Assembly (NCBI GenBank): GCA_963771865.1 | Contig: CAVYVJ010000024.1 | Location: 48,757 to 112,756 of the forward strand | Reading direction: 5' to 3' | Origin: an uncultured Verrucomicrobiae bacterium | Lineage (GTDB): Bacteria > Verrucomicrobiota > Verrucomicrobiia > Chthoniobacterales > UBA10450 | Length of the DNA: 64,000 nt | Part shown: positions 12,509 through 22,736 of the stretch, one piece after another | How the letters are laid out: every line of letters starts with the position of its first letter | Position numbering within the stretch: the stretch's first letter is position 1 | Program-made: the position numbers and the translations under genes | Notes under the pieces: model-generated | Seen by the model: the letters and a program-made list of their open reading frames with translations, nothing else | Told to the model about the DNA's origin: nothing | Database searches by the model: none

Positions 12509-12981
12509 GACTGGCCCGGCTTGCTACTTCCAACGATGCGGCCTCTCACCTGCCGCATTTGCGTGTGATGGGTTAGCGGATACACGCGTCCGTCACTGCC
12601 GCGAAAGAACGCGCTCAACATCCAGCTCACGAGGCTGATCAGGATCGCGCCCCAAAAAGCGCTCCGAAAGCTGTCGACATGAAAGCCATGCACGAATTGG
12701 TGTACCAAGAAAAGCATCAGGCCGTTCACGACAAAGATGAAAAGACCGAGGGTGAGAATAATCAGTGGCGCCATGAGCAGGAGTAGGATTGGACGCAAGA
12801 ACGCGTTCAAAATTCCCAGGAGCAACGCGGCGCCGATAAGCGAACCGACGCTATCGTATCGAATGCCACTGTTAATCGATGCGGCGACCATGACGGCCAC
12901 GGTCGTGATTGCCCATCTGAAAACAAAATGTCTCATCAAAACATCACTTCCATCCGAATGCGGTTTTTCGCTTGCCAGCAC
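12505..12981 (-). CDS. phage-holin-4/DUF360-like small membrane protein
   Basis: It has four hydrophobic helices and an LNAFLRPILLLLMAPLIILTLGLFIFVVNGLML pattern. Its stop overlaps the Anbu start by 4 nt. An alternative start is Met at 12936. Confidence 0.55.
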   Translation of the reverse strand: MLASEKPHSDGSDVLMRHFVFRWAITTVAVMVAASINSGIRYDSVGSLIGAALLLGILNAFLRPILLLLMAPLIILTLGLFIFVVNGLMLFLVHQFVHGFHVDSFRSAFWGAILISLVSWMLSAFFRGSDGRVYPLTHHTQMRQVRGRIVGSSKPGQS

Positions 12982-13025
12982 GCCCTCTTGTGGGTAAAGG
13001 CTTGGCCGACCTAAGGCAAAAGTAA

Positions 13026-13455
13026 ATGGCTGAAAACTTCAAAAAAATCCAAAGAGAACGCGTTTCCGCCGAGTGGACCTACCCCAGACTCTTCGGCGAC
13101 AAATATCCCGGGCAAGAATAGGGCCGGCGGGCCGGCGATCGGCAAGATTTCAGCAACAAAATCGACCAAGTCGACGGGGCAGTCGAGAGGCGCCGCCAAG
13201 CGTGGCAGTCGTGCCACAGGCAAGACCTCGAGAACAGGCAAACCACGGGCTGCGACCGCAATTGGGAGTAGTCGCCGCCCACGGCAGGTTGTGATTTCCG
13301 ACGATGATATCCGGCTTCGAGCTTATTTCATCGCCGAGCGGCGGATGCAGACCGGAATGCCGGGAGATTCCACCCATGATTGGTGGGAGGCGCATCGGCA
13401 GTTGCTGGAAGAGACTACGACCCGGCAACTGCGGGAAAAAGCCGGGAACAACTAA
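13026..13455 (+). pseudogene. DUF2934-type small basic protein; frame broken at A7 run 13041-13047
   Basis: ATG 13026 (MAENFKK) stops at 13119-13121. The +1 frame is open from 13015 to 13455 and encodes a K/R/S/T-rich region plus ISDDDIRLRAYFIAERRMQTG..DWWEAHRQL (DUF2934 signature), but it has no start codon of its own. Confidence 0.55.
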
Positions 13456-13472
13456 CCAGTTTGCGTTTAGAT

Positions 13473-13889
13473 TTACGCGACGGCTCGCGTGTCCGGCAGG
13501 GCTTCCTTCACCTTTTCGAGAAGCCGGTTGATCGTAAACGGCTTCGGCAGAAACCCGCAAACCCGCGCCTCCCGGCGCAATTCCCGAGCGCGTTCATCCG
13601 AACCCTGACCTGAGACGAGAAGCAATGGAGGCATCTTCCGAGGAGGCACACTATTCTCGTAGACTTTCGAAATCAGCTCGAAGAGCAATGCCCCGTCAAT
13701 CAGCGGCATTGAGAAGTCGAAAATCATCAGATCGTAGGTTTTCTTCAATGCCAGCTCAAAGCCGTATTCCGGCTTGGGGGAAGTATCTACTTCCCAGTGA
13801 AGCATACTCTGGAGCGCATCCCGCATGATCCGGAGGACTGACATGTCGTCATCGACGATCAGCACACGTTTTGTTTCGTCTTCTGCCAT
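13473..13889 (-). CDS. single-domain CheY-like response regulator
   Basis: The receiver-domain residues are present: acidic pair in LIVDDD, phospho-acceptor Asp in MIFDFSMP, and Lys in LPKPF. There is no output domain. Confidence 0.85.
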   Translation of the reverse strand: MAEDETKRVLIVDDDMSVLRIMRDALQSMLHWEVDTSPKPEYGFELALKKTYDLMIFDFSMPLIDGALLFELISKVYENSVPPRKMPPLLLVSGQGSDERARELRREARVCGFLPKPFTINRLLEKVKEALPDTRAVA

Positions 13890-13961
13890 CCCGCAGGCTT
13901 GCGCAAAATTGCGACCTCATTCAAGCTTTAGTTGCAGTCTTTGCAGGAAATTCTGCATTCG

Positions 13962-14192
13962 ATGAACTCGCCTGAAACCCGATTGGCCGCGGCCCTCCGC
14001 GAACGGCTCACCCTTATCGGCGACACCACCAGTCGCGGCGATCCCACAGGGCATCTCGCGAAATTGCAGGCTGTGTCGGAAAAAATTGCCGGCTTGGAGA
14101 AGGAACTCCCACCATCAACCGACCCGCAACTCAGGCATTTTTTGGCAAGGTGCAGCTACGATAAGGCTCTCGCCTTTCTCGAGCAGGTCTAA
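13962..14192 (+). CDS. hypothetical small protein
   Basis: The frame is open from ATG 13962 (the track start 13932 is TTG). No domain was recognised. The TAA stop lies inside the motif variant GTCTAACGA. Confidence 0.35.
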   Translation: MNSPETRLAAALRERLTLIGDTTSRGDPTGHLAKLQAVSEKIAGLEKELPPSTDPQLRHFLARCSYDKALAFLEQV

Positions 14193-14220
14193 CGACTCAC
14201 GAAAAACAGCCTTTGGTCGA

Positions 14221-14832
14221 CTAGCGTGAATACAACTCGACGATCAACTGCTCGTTGACGATCGGTTGCATCTCTTCGCGCGACGGGATATGCGCTACCT
14301 TACCGGTTAAAGCGTCACGATCGACCGTCAGCCAGTCGGGGACCGGAGCGATCTGCGTCAACTCCATGTTGCGCTGAGCAAGCTGGCGCGATTTCGGACG
14401 GTCCTTCACCGTAATCTCGTCGCCTGCCTTCACATTGAATGAAGAAATGTTGACGTTCTTGCCGTTGACCTGAACGTGGCCGTGCGAAACCAACTGACGC
14501 GCTGCGCTCCGCGTGTTCGCGAGGCCAAGCCGGAAAACGACATTGTCGAGTCGTGTCTCGAGAAGTTGCAACAGCGTCTCACCGGTGACGCCGCGGCGTT
14601 GCAACGCGGTCTCAAAAATCCGGCGAAATTGTTTCTCCATCAGGCCGTATTGGAAGCGGAGCTTCTGCTTTTCCCCGAGTGCGATCGCGTAATCGGATTG
14701 CTTGCGCCGGGAACCTTTCGGTCCGTGCATTCCCGGCGGATAATTTTTGCGCTCGAGCGACTTGGAGGGCCCGAAAAGAGGCACGCCATAGCGCCGCGCG
14801 ATTTTGGTTTTTGGTCCGGTATATCTGGCCAT
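14221..14832 (-). CDS. rpsD: 30S ribosomal protein S4
   Basis: Translation MARYTGPKTKIARRYG... is canonical S4, in the alpha-operon position after S11. Confidence 0.95.
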   Translation of the reverse strand: MARYTGPKTKIARRYGVPLFGPSKSLERKNYPPGMHGPKGSRRKQSDYAIALGEKQKLRFQYGLMEKQFRRIFETALQRRGVTGETLLQLLETRLDNVVFRLGLANTRSAARQLVSHGHVQVNGKNVNISSFNVKAGDEITVKDRPKSRQLAQRNMELTQIAPVPDWLTVDRDALTGKVAHIPSREEMQPIVNEQLIVELYSR

Positions 14833-14871
14833 CGAAAAGTTGAGAGTAGTTAGTTGAGAGTTGAGAGAAGG

Positions 14872-15600
14872 TCAGACGCGGCGTTGTTTCGGCGGGCGAC
14901 AACCGTTGTGCGGCACCGGGGTGACATCCCGGATCACGGTGAGATCGAGACCAATCGCTTGAAGCGCGCGGACAGCCGACTCACGGCCTGCGCCGGGTCC
15001 CCGGACGAGAACTTCGACTTCCTTCAGTCCATGCCCCATGGCCTGGCGAGACGCATCTTGCGCCACCATCTGGGCTGCATAAGCAGTGCTCTTGCGCGAG
15101 CCCTTGAAACCGACCTTGCCGGCGCTCGACCAACCGATCACGTTGCCCTGCAGATCAGTGATGGTGACAATGGTATTGTTAAACGTGGAAAGAACATGCG
15201 CGAAACCTGAGTAAACGTTCTTACTCCCTTTCGCTTTAATGATCTTCGGCTTTTCAATGTCGTTCGGATCGAGCGAGAGGTTTTCCTTCGGTGGCTCAGC
15301 CGCGGGAGTTTCAACTTTTTTGGCGGCCTTTTTTGCGGCTTTCGGTTTCGCTTCTGCTTTTGCGGTTGCTGTTGCGGGGGCGACTTCCTCCTTGCCCGAA
15401 ACTTCGGAAGGTTGCGCCGCGGCAGTGTCGGCAGGCGCAGCAGTTTCGGCAGGCATCGCAGTGCCGGCAGGCGCGACAGTTTCGGCAGGCGCGGGGGATT
15501 CGGTCACGACTTGCGGGACAGTTTTCTCGGATGGTTCCGCCGCGGTCGTTTCAGGAGCGGGCGCTTCCTCTGGTGTTTGGTTTTCGGAATCTTCGGCCAT
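14872..15600 (-). CDS. rpsK: 30S ribosomal protein S11 with ~110-aa P/A/E/T-rich N-terminal extension
   Basis: The C-terminal ~130 aa are canonical S11 ([48 protein letters not shown]). The upstream part of the ORF is low complexity. Confidence 0.9.
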   Translation of the reverse strand: MAEDSENQTPEEAPAPETTAAEPSEKTVPQVVTESPAPAETVAPAGTAMPAETAAPADTAAAQPSEVSGKEEVAPATATAKAEAKPKAAKKAAKKVETPAAEPPKENLSLDPNDIEKPKIIKAKGSKNVYSGFAHVLSTFNNTIVTITDLQGNVIGWSSAGKVGFKGSRKSTAYAAQMVAQDASRQAMGHGLKEVEVLVRGPGAGRESAVRALQAIGLDLTVIRDVTPVPHNGCRPPKQRRV

Positions 15601-15616
15601 GTCTCAGTTCGTTAGG

Positions 15617-16012
15617 TTAAACTTTGCCGGCTTTCGCATCCTTGTTGCGAATCACACCGACTGTCTTGCGCGGCCCCTTGCGGGTGCGCGCGTTGGTGGA
15701 GGTGCGTTGACCGCGCACGGGGAGTCCGCGGCGATGCCGGATGCCGCGATAACAATTGATCGCCTGCAAACGCTTCAAATTACTTTGCACTTCGCGGCGA
15801 AGATCGCCCTCGATGGGCAACTTGTTGTTCGTGATCATGTGAATGATGTCGTTGATCTGTTGCGGGGTCAGATCTTTGGCGCGCAGGTTCGGATCGATAT
15901 TGGTCTGCTCAAGAACACGCTTCGCCGTGCTCGGCCCGACCCCATAGATATAGGTCAACGACGCTTCGATGCGTTTCTCAGCGGGAATTTCAACTCCTAA
16001 CAATCTCGGCAT
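15617..16012 (-). CDS. rpsM: 30S ribosomal protein S13
   Basis: [26 protein letters not shown]... is canonical S13. Confidence 0.95.
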   Translation of the reverse strand: MPRLLGVEIPAEKRIEASLTYIYGVGPSTAKRVLEQTNIDPNLRAKDLTPQQINDIIHMITNNKLPIEGDLRREVQSNLKRLQAINCYRGIRHRRGLPVRGQRTSTNARTRKGPRKTVGVIRNKDAKAGKV

Positions 16013-16021
16013 AACGATCTC

Positions 16022-16138
16022 CTATCCCTGACGCTGCTTGTGGCGAGGGTTCTTGTTGCAAATCACACGCACCACGTTCTTGCGCTTCACGATTTTGCAC
16101 GCTTCACAGAGTCTTTTGACTGACGGTCGCACTTTCAT
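16022..16138 (-). CDS. rpmJ: 50S ribosomal protein L36
   Basis: This gene is not in the ORF track. The reverse complement reads ATG..TAG = [38 protein letters not shown] (38 aa), the canonical zinc-ribbon L36, between infA and rpsM. Confidence 0.9.
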   Translation of the reverse strand: MKVRPSVKRLCEACKIVKRKNVVRVICNKNPRHKQRQG

Positions 16139-16175
16139 AGTTCACGAGACGAAAAACGCGGAGCCATTCTCCGCG

Positions 16176-16394
16176 CTACCGATGGCGAAAAGTAATTCGC
16201 CCTTTCGACAAATCGTAGGGGGAAACTTCTAGCATAACTTTGTCGCCTGGCAAGATGCGAATGAAGTGCATGCGCATTTTCCCCGAGATATGGGCCAGGA
16301 CGCGATGGCCGTTGGGCAATTCCACCCGGAACATCGTATTCGGCAGCAGCTCCACCACTGTCCCTTCTACCTCAATTGAGTCTTTGCGCGCCAT
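16176..16394 (-). CDS. infA: translation initiation factor IF-1
   Basis: [41 protein letters not shown]... (72 aa) starts from ATG 16394. The longer track ORF (to 16481) overlaps map and is not supported. Confidence 0.92.
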   Translation of the reverse strand: MARKDSIEVEGTVVELLPNTMFRVELPNGHRVLAHISGKMRMHFIRILPGDKVMLEVSPYDLSKGRITFRHR

Positions 16395-17143
16395 GTCAGG
16401 ATTTCGGGTTCTTCTTTCGTGATCAAGACCGTGTGTTCGAAATGCGCCGAGGGCAAACCATCCGAAGTACAGACCGTCCAACCATCCTCGAGCAAACGCA
16501 CGCCCGCCGCGCCAAGATTGATCATCGGTTCGATCGCCAGGGTCATGCCCGGCTTGAGTCGCGGCCCACTTCCATGCTTGCCATAATTCGGGACTTGCGG
16601 CTCTTCGTGCAACTTCCGTCCCACACCATGGCCGACAAATTCCCGCACCACGCTAAAGTGGCTGCGCAGCGCTTCCTCCTCGATCGCCGCACAAAGATCC
16701 CCAAGGCGCGCGTCGGCACAGGCGTGATCGATTGCCCGTTGTAACGCGCTCTGGGTGACCGCGAGCAACTTCTCGATCCGTTCGTCGATCATCCCAACCG
16801 GGATCGTCGCCGCGGTGTCCCCTACCCAGCCGTCCTGCACGACTCCGATGTCGAGCTTCACGATGTCTCCGTATTGGATACGTCGCTGACTGCCGATGCC
16901 ATGGACGATCTCGTCATTGAGGGAAATGCAAATGTTGCCCGGGAAGACGCGATGGCCGAGGCGATAGCCAAGAAACGCGCTCCGCACCCCGGCATCGGCC
17001 ATGAGATCCGCGGCGGCCTGATCGATTTCCTTGGTCGAAATGCCAGGCCGGATCAGCTCACTCACTTTTTCCAGGACGTCACTGGCGGTGCGGCAAGCCA
17101 GCCGCATTTTCTCAATCTCCCGCGCCGATTTGATCGGGATCAT
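16367..17143 (-). CDS. map: type I methionine aminopeptidase
   Basis: MetAP metal-ligand blocks are present ([27 protein letters not shown]). It sits in the spc-operon position after adk. Confidence 0.92.
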   Translation of the reverse strand: MIPIKSAREIEKMRLACRTASDVLEKVSELIRPGISTKEIDQAAADLMADAGVRSAFLGYRLGHRVFPGNICISLNDEIVHGIGSQRRIQYGDIVKLDIGVVQDGWVGDTAATIPVGMIDERIEKLLAVTQSALQRAIDHACADARLGDLCAAIEEEALRSHFSVVREFVGHGVGRKLHEEPQVPNYGKHGSGPRLKPGMTLAIEPMINLGAAGVRLLEDGWTVCTSDGLPSAHFEHTVLITKEEPEILTWRAKTQLR

Positions 17144-17796
17144 TGCACCCGCTCTTCGATCAAGGCCGCAATATCCGCAAAGACGGCGTCGCGATCCCGA
17201 TTCCCGTCCACGCGGTGTAAAGCGCCATCTTTCTGGTAGAAGGAAAGTAAAGGCTCAGTCTTCGATCTGAACTCTGCGAGTCGCGTTTGCAAGACCGACG
17301 CGTCGTCGTCCTCGCGCCGGATCAGTGGCCCATCGCAATAGGGACACACCGACCTTTCGGCAAAGCCGGCACTCGTCAGGCTGGTTGTGAAACCGCAACG
17401 CCGACACTGCAATCGGCTCGAAATTCGGGCGCGCACGGTCTCCTCGGAAACCTCCAGCCAGATTGCCAGTGCGAGCGTCGTTCCCAGTTTCTTCAGGATT
17501 TCATGCAATCGCTCCGCCTGGATTATCGTGCGAGGGAACCCGTCGAAGACAAACCCGTGCTGACCATGCCGGTTCAGCCAGTCTTCGATCAGGCCGACGA
17601 TCACATCGTCAGGCACAAGGCCACCGTGTTTCGAGATTTCGTCGGCCTCCACTCCGCGAGGCGTGCCGAGGTCACGCTCGAGTCGCAGAATGGTCCCGGG
17701 CGAAGTCACCGGAAGAGCGAAATGCCGCGTGATCATCTCCGCCTGTGTTCCCTTGCCAGAACCCGGCGCACCGAGGAGCACAATTCGACGTTTCAC
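17140..17796 (-). CDS. adk: adenylate kinase (zinc-lid type)
   Basis: It has the P-loop GAPGSGKGTQA and the lid cysteines CRRCG...CPYCDG. Confidence 0.92.
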   Translation of the reverse strand: MKRRIVLLGAPGSGKGTQAEMITRHFALPVTSPGTILRLERDLGTPRGVEADEISKHGGLVPDDVIVGLIEDWLNRHGQHGFVFDGFPRTIIQAERLHEILKKLGTTLALAIWLEVSEETVRARISSRLQCRRCGFTTSLTSAGFAERSVCPYCDGPLIRREDDDASVLQTRLAEFRSKTEPLLSFYQKDGALHRVDGNRDRDAVFADIAALIEERVQ

Positions 17797-19302
17797 CTAG
17801 CGCCCGTAAAGAAAGATTGCCACGCCCCCAATTACCAGAACAGCGATCCCGACGTAAAGCCACATCAGTGTCCCCTCCTGCGCCGCCTCCCCCCGACTGT
17901 AGGCCGTGCGATCGAAAGCCCGGCCGCGAATCCGGCCCTTGCGCAGGAAGCCATCGTAGTGGCGCTGGATTAAATGAGTCTCAACCTGGCGCATGGTATC
18001 GAGAATCACGCCCACAATAATGAGAAGGCTGGTGCCGCCAAAAAACTGCGCAGTGATCGTCGGGACGTGCAGTCCCTGGCTAAGCAAACTGGGCAGAATT
18101 GCGATCAGGGTAAGAAAAATCGCACCTGCAAAAGTCAGGCGGGTCATCGTGAAATCGAGGAAATCCGCCGTCGGTTTGCCGGGACGCACTCCTGGGATGT
18201 ACCCGCCGTATTTTTTCAAATCATCCGCGATCTGGGCGGGCTGGAATTGGGTGGCGACCCAGAAATAACTGAAAAAGAAAATCATCGCCGCGAGAAAAAC
18301 GTAATGCAGCCAGCCATTTGCGAGCATGTCAGAAATCTGCCGAGCGGTCGGGCTGTTCTTGAAGGCGAGGCCGACGATCGTGGTGGGAAAAAGCAAGAGG
18401 GCCCAGGCAAAGATGATTGGCATGACGCCCGCGTAGTTCACTTTCAGCGGCATATACTGCGTCTGCCCGCCGTACATCTTTCGACCTACGACCCGTTTCG
18501 CGTACTGCACCGTAATCTTGCGGACGCCTTGCGTGACGGCGATGACCGCCGCGATGACAATGAAGAGAAACGCCACCATCAAAACGAGAATGGCCGGGTT
18601 CACCTGGCTCGTCCCCGTTTGCGCGGAAGGAACAAAAGTCTTCCATGCCTGCGCGAGAGCAGCGGGCAGGCGCGCCACAATCCCGATCGTGATGATCAAC
18701 GAGATACCGTTGCCAATACCTCGATCGGTTATTTGATCGCCCAACCACATCAAGAAAAGCGTGCCCGCGGTCAGGGTGAGAACCGTGATGATCCGGAAAG
18801 ACCATCCGAGATTATCGACCAACGGGATCCCAAGCCTCGCCGTTGTCTCGGTAATACCGGGAAGCATGGTGTGATACGACTCCGGATGCTGAAATGACAC
18901 CGCGAGCAAGTATCCCTGGAAAATGCAGAGCACGACCGTGGCGTAACGGGTGTACTGCATGATCTTCTGCCGGCCGCCATCTTCGCGCGACAAGCGGCTG
19001 AGCGAGGGAATGACCGCCGTCAGCAACTGCAACATGATTGAGGCGCTGATGTAGGGCATGATCCCGAGCGAAAAGACGGCGCAGTTCTCGAGCGCCCCGC
19101 CGCTGAAAAGATTGAAGAGCGCCGCGACACCGCCGCCCGCGCTCTGTGATGAAGTGCGAAACCAGTCTTGCAGCACCGCTGGATTCACTCCCGGCGTTGT
19201 AATCGCAGCGCCCAACCGGACGATGACAATGACCGCAAGGGTAAACAAAATCCGCCGGCGCAGCTCCGGGATTTTAACGCTGTTTAAGAAAGCCGAAACC
19301 AT
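17797..19302 (-). CDS. secY: preprotein translocase subunit SecY (with ~55-aa C-terminal extension)
   Basis: It has the ten-helix SecY pattern in the spc-operon position. The tail after ...HLIQRHYDGFLRKG adds an extra hydrophobic helix (LMWLYVGIAVLVIGGVAIFLY). Confidence 0.93.
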   Translation of the reverse strand: MVSAFLNSVKIPELRRRILFTLAVIVIVRLGAAITTPGVNPAVLQDWFRTSSQSAGGGVAALFNLFSGGALENCAVFSLGIMPYISASIMLQLLTAVIPSLSRLSREDGGRQKIMQYTRYATVVLCIFQGYLLAVSFQHPESYHTMLPGITETTARLGIPLVDNLGWSFRIITVLTLTAGTLFLMWLGDQITDRGIGNGISLIITIGIVARLPAALAQAWKTFVPSAQTGTSQVNPAILVLMVAFLFIVIAAVIAVTQGVRKITVQYAKRVVGRKMYGGQTQYMPLKVNYAGVMPIIFAWALLLFPTTIVGLAFKNSPTARQISDMLANGWLHYVFLAAMIFFFSYFWVATQFQPAQIADDLKKYGGYIPGVRPGKPTADFLDFTMTRLTFAGAIFLTLIAILPSLLSQGLHVPTITAQFFGGTSLLIIVGVILDTMRQVETHLIQRHYDGFLRKGRIRGRAFDRTAYSRGEAAQEGTLMWLYVGIAVLVIGGVAIFLYGR

Positions 19303-19329
19303 CCGCTCAGTCCGCTTTAGAAGATCCGC

Positions 19330-19911
19330 TTATTTAGCGGTCTTCTTCTTCTTTTTCGCTGCCGGTTTCTTCGGTTCGGCGTTCGCCGCAGCCTCTGCGA
19401 CCGCGGGGGCTTTTTCCTTCGCTTCTTCCGAGCCGGATCGCTTGCCGCTGGTCAACGAGGGGCGCTGCCGCAACGTGACGGTGCCACCAGCCTTCTCGAT
19501 TTTTTCCCGCGCAGATTCGCTGACCCGATCGGCCTCGATCGTCAGGCCGTGTTTTAACTCGCCCCGGCCGAGGATCTTTAACCCCACGACATTCCCGCGA
19601 ATATGTTTCGACTCGCGCAAAGTCTGCTCGTTGACCACCGTGCCCGCCTTAAAATCGCTCAGATCATCCAGATTGATCAGCGCATAATGTTTCTTGAAAG
19701 CCGCGTTGTTAAACCCGCGCTTCGGCAAACGGCGGATCAACGGCATCTGACCGCCTTCGAAACCAAGTCGAATGCTGCCACCAGAGCGTGCCTTTTGGCC
19801 CTTGTGACCCTTGCCGCTCGTCTTGCCGTGGCCGGAGCTCTCGCCGCAGCCAAGCCGCTTCACGCGATGCCTCGAACCAGGCCGCGGTTTGAGGTTGTGC
19901 AACCGAATCAT
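19330..19911 (-). CDS. rplO: 50S ribosomal protein L15 (Lys/Ala-rich C-terminal tail)
   Basis: [44 protein letters not shown]... is canonical L15. Confidence 0.93.
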   Translation of the reverse strand: MIRLHNLKPRPGSRHRVKRLGCGESSGHGKTSGKGHKGQKARSGGSIRLGFEGGQMPLIRRLPKRGFNNAAFKKHYALINLDDLSDFKAGTVVNEQTLRESKHIRGNVVGLKILGRGELKHGLTIEADRVSESAREKIEKAGGTVTLRQRPSLTSGKRSGSEEAKEKAPAVAEAAANAEPKKPAAKKKKKTAK

Positions 19912-20471
19912 GACTGCTTCGCCTCCTCACCGTTGCTGGTGCTCGCGCGAATCCCGCGCGTTTTCAGAATTTCGTCGCGGCGACGGAGGGAACGGAGCGC
20001 TTCGATCGTGGCCTTGACGACATTGGCGTGATTGCTCGAGCCTAACGATTTGGCGAGCACGTCGCGAATTCCGACCGCCTCCACGACCGCACGGACGCCA
20101 CCACCGGCAATCACACCCGTTCCAGGTGACGCCGGACGCAGCAAGACGCGTCCACCGCCGAACTCGCCAATGACTTCATGGGGAATCGTATTCTCGCGCA
20201 GCGACATTTTTTCCATCGATTTGCGCGCCGCCTCGGATGCCTTGCGAATCGCTTCCGCGACTTCATTCGCCTTACCGAAACCGCAGCCGACTTTACCGTC
20301 GTGATCGCCCGCCACGATGAGAGCGCTGAAGCTGAAGCGACGGCCGCCTTTCACGACCTTGGCGCAGCGATTGATGAAAACGACTTTCTCGGTCGTGTCG
20401 CCTCTTGCCGGAGGCGTCCGGTCCGTGGTGCGTGAGTCGCTTCGTCTGCCTTGGTTGCCTGCGTAAGCCAT
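19908..20471 (-). CDS. rpsE: 30S ribosomal protein S5
   Basis: It has the S5 dsRBD and C-domain ([38 protein letters not shown]). It overlaps the rplO start by 4 nt, so there is no room for L30. Confidence 0.95.
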   Translation of the reverse strand: MAYAGNQGRRSDSRTTDRTPPARGDTTEKVVFINRCAKVVKGGRRFSFSALIVAGDHDGKVGCGFGKANEVAEAIRKASEAARKSMEKMSLRENTIPHEVIGEFGGGRVLLRPASPGTGVIAGGGVRAVVEAVGIRDVLAKSLGSSNHANVVKATIEALRSLRRRDEILKTRGIRASTSNGEEAKQS

Positions 20472-20472
20472 A

Positions 20473-20838
20473 TTAGAGTTTGAGTCCGCCTTCGCGCGCT
20501 GCGTCGGCCAGCGCTTTCACTTTCCCGTGGTAGAGAAACCCACCACGATCAAAAACTGCTTTGTCGATATTCTTCGCGAGCAAGCGCTCGGCAATCAACT
20601 TCCCGATCTTCTCCGCCGTCGCTCGATTGGCCGCGTGTTTTCCTTTTCCACCGACTGCTTTCTCGGTCGTACCCGCGGAGACAAGCGTCTGGCCTTTCTC
20701 GTCATCGACGACCTGGGCGTAAACATGCTTTCCAGAAAAATAGACGCAGAGCCGGGGTCGTTCCGCCGTCCCGGAAACCTTCCGCCGAATGCGGTCATGA
20801 ATGCGTCCGCGAATGACCTTTCGATTAATTGCAGCCAT
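20473..20838 (-). CDS. rplR: 50S ribosomal protein L18
   Basis: [20 protein letters not shown]...[26 protein letters not shown] is canonical L18. Confidence 0.95.
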   Translation of the reverse strand: MAAINRKVIRGRIHDRIRRKVSGTAERPRLCVYFSGKHVYAQVVDDEKGQTLVSAGTTEKAVGGKGKHAANRATAEKIGKLIAERLLAKNIDKAVFDRGGFLYHGKVKALADAAREGGLKL

Positions 20839-20840
20839 GG

Positions 20841-21380
20841 CTATTGAACAGTCTTGCCCTCCTTGCGGCGAATTTGCTCGCCCGCATAACGGACGCCTTT
20901 GCCCTTGTAGGGTTCGGGCGGATAGAACCCCCGAATGTCCGCCGCGACCTGACCGACCGTTTTCTTGTCGGCGCCCTCGATCGCGATCTTGGTGTTATCC
21001 GTGACAGTAATCTTGATTTCGGGGGGAATTGGGAAAAGCACCGGATGCGAAAAGCCAAGACTCAGATTGAGGTTTTTTCCCTGCACCGCAGCCTTGAAGC
21101 CAACGCCCTCGATTTCGAGCTGCTTCCCAAAACCCTGGCTCACACCCACGACCATGTTGTTAATCAGGGCGCGCGACAGCCCGTGCAGCGCCTTCAGACT
21201 GCGCGTTTCGGCGTCGCGAACCAGCGAGACCTGATTGTCGGCCACCTTGGCCTTGATTCCCTCCGGTAGAGTCCAGCTAAGCTTCCCTTTCGGACCTTCA
21301 ACCGCGACTTTGCCGTCGTCGTCGATGTTCACTTTTACTTTGGCGGGAATCTCAACCGCCTTGTTTCCAATCCTTGACAT
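20841..21380 (-). CDS. rplF: 50S ribosomal protein L6
   Basis: [17 protein letters not shown]...[11 protein letters not shown] is canonical L6. Confidence 0.95.
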   Translation of the reverse strand: MSRIGNKAVEIPAKVKVNIDDDGKVAVEGPKGKLSWTLPEGIKAKVADNQVSLVRDAETRSLKALHGLSRALINNMVVGVSQGFGKQLEIEGVGFKAAVQGKNLNLSLGFSHPVLFPIPPEIKITVTDNTKIAIEGADKKTVGQVAADIRGFYPPEPYKGKGVRYAGEQIRRKEGKTVQ

Positions 21381-21390
21381 AACACTCCGG

Positions 21391-21789
21391 TTACCAGACG
21401 AACGCCAGCAACTCCCCTCCCACTTTTTGTTTCTTTGCTTCGCGTCCGGACATCACACCTCGTGAGGTGGAAAGAATGGCGGTTCCCATCCCGCCGAGCA
21501 CTCGCGGAATTTCATCGGCACCCACGTAGCGGCGCAAACCGGGACGACTGACGCGTTTTAACCCCGTGATGGCGCCGGTGCGATTCGAAATTTTGTTGGT
21601 GATCTTGATTCGCGGGTGAGCCGCGGAGGTATCAAGGACGAAGTCAGTGATGTAGCCTTCTTCCTTCAGGATGCGAACGATCTCGCTCTTCACTTTCGAG
21701 TAAGGAACAAACATTTCGGGTTTCTGCGCCTGGGTGCTGTTTCGCACCCGGGCGAGAAGGTCGGCAATAGGATCGGTGACTGTACTCAT
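21391..21789 (-). CDS. rpsH: 30S ribosomal protein S8
   Basis: TDPIADLLARVRNS...GGELLAFVW is canonical S8. Confidence 0.95.
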   Translation of the reverse strand: MSTVTDPIADLLARVRNSTQAQKPEMFVPYSKVKSEIVRILKEEGYITDFVLDTSAAHPRIKITNKISNRTGAITGLKRVSRPGLRRYVGADEIPRVLGGMGTAILSTSRGVMSGREAKKQKVGGELLAFVW

Positions 21790-21794
21790 GAAAT

Positions 21795-22367
21795 TTAGGC
21801 GGCTTGGGCGACGGACTTCTTCGGCCGGTCGCTGAAAGGCATTCCCAATTCGCTCAAAAGCGATTTGGCCTCTTCGTTCGTGCGCGCGGTGGTCACAATC
21901 GTAACATCAAAACCGATGTTGCGCTTGATTTTGTCCAGCTCGACCTCGGGAAAAATCGACTGATCGGAAACGCCGAGAGTGTAGTTGCCGTGGCCGTCGA
22001 ATCCTTTCGGCGAAACGCCGCGGAAATCGCGGATGCGCGGGAGCGAAGCCTTGATCAGGCGTTCCATGAATTCATACATGTGTTCGCCCCGCAGGGTGAC
22101 CTTGGCGCCGATCGCCTGCTCTTTACGTAGCTTGAAATTGGAGATGCTCTTCTTGGCCCGGGTCTCGGCTGCTTTTTGACCGGTAATGAGAGCGAGTTCC
22201 GCCTTCGCTTCTTCCAGCGCCTGCTTCACATCCGACTGCGAGCCGACCGACGTGTTGATCACGACCTTCTCCAGCTTCGGGATCTGGTGATCGTTCGTGT
22301 AGCCATGGTGCTTGCGCAATGCCGGCACGACGCGCTCTTTATACTCTTTGTAAAATTCGTTTTCCAT
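21795..22367 (-). CDS. rplE: 50S ribosomal protein L5
   Basis: This is canonical L5 (PKLEKVVINTSVG, RDFRGVSPKGFDGHGNYTLGV). Only 5 nt separate it from rpsH. Confidence 0.95.
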   Translation of the reverse strand: MENEFYKEYKERVVPALRKHHGYTNDHQIPKLEKVVINTSVGSQSDVKQALEEAKAELALITGQKAAETRAKKSISNFKLRKEQAIGAKVTLRGEHMYEFMERLIKASLPRIRDFRGVSPKGFDGHGNYTLGVSDQSIFPEVELDKIKRNIGFDVTIVTTARTNEEAKSLLSELGMPFSDRPKKSVAQAA

Positions 22368-22384
22368 TTGCTAACATCTCTCCC

Positions 22385-22418
22385 TCTTTGTCATTTCGAG
22401 TCGGCTCGGGATGACAAA
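22385..22418. repeat. short hairpin inside the spc operon (rplX-rplE spacer), related to the GTCAT...ATGAC repeat family
   Basis: CTTTGTCATTTCGAG-TCGG-CTCGGGATGACAAAG forms a 15-bp stem (two G-U pairs in RNA) with a 4-nt loop. Confidence 0.7.
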
Positions 22419-22430
22419 GCTTCAAATTCG

Positions 22431-22736
22431 TCACTCGTCTTTCTTAGTCTTTTTCTCCTTCGTCGCTTTGGTTTTGCCCTTTTTCTTCCCCGCTTTCTCG
22501 CTGCGTTCGACCACTTTTACGTTCGAGATGTGAATCGGACCTTCGCGCTCCGCGATCGAGCCGGAAGGGTTGTCCTGCGACTTGCGGAGGTGTTTCTTGA
22601 TCATCCGCACGCCTTCGATCAGGACGCGCTCCTTGCGAGAAAGCACTTGCAGGATCTTGCCGGTGGACCCCCGGAAATTCCCCGAGATCACTTCGACCTG
22701 GTCGCCTTTTTTTACGTGGTGCTTGATCCGATTCAT
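22431..22736 (-). CDS. rplX: 50S ribosomal protein L24
   Basis: It has the KOW motif region ([20 protein letters not shown]) and a Lys-rich tail. Confidence 0.93.
   Translation of the reverse strand: MNRIKHHVKKGDQVEVISGNFRGSTGKILQVLSRKERVLIEGVRMIKKHLRKSQDNPSGSIAEREGPIHISNVKVVERSEKAGKKKGKTKATKEKKTKKDE

Noticed and set aside
21790-21794. A hidden S14 (rpsN/rpsZ) or L30 gene in the spc cluster.
   Set aside because: Only 5 nt separate rplE and rpsH, and rpsE overlaps rplO. No short ORF with the S14 zinc-ribbon or L30 pattern was seen in any frame there.
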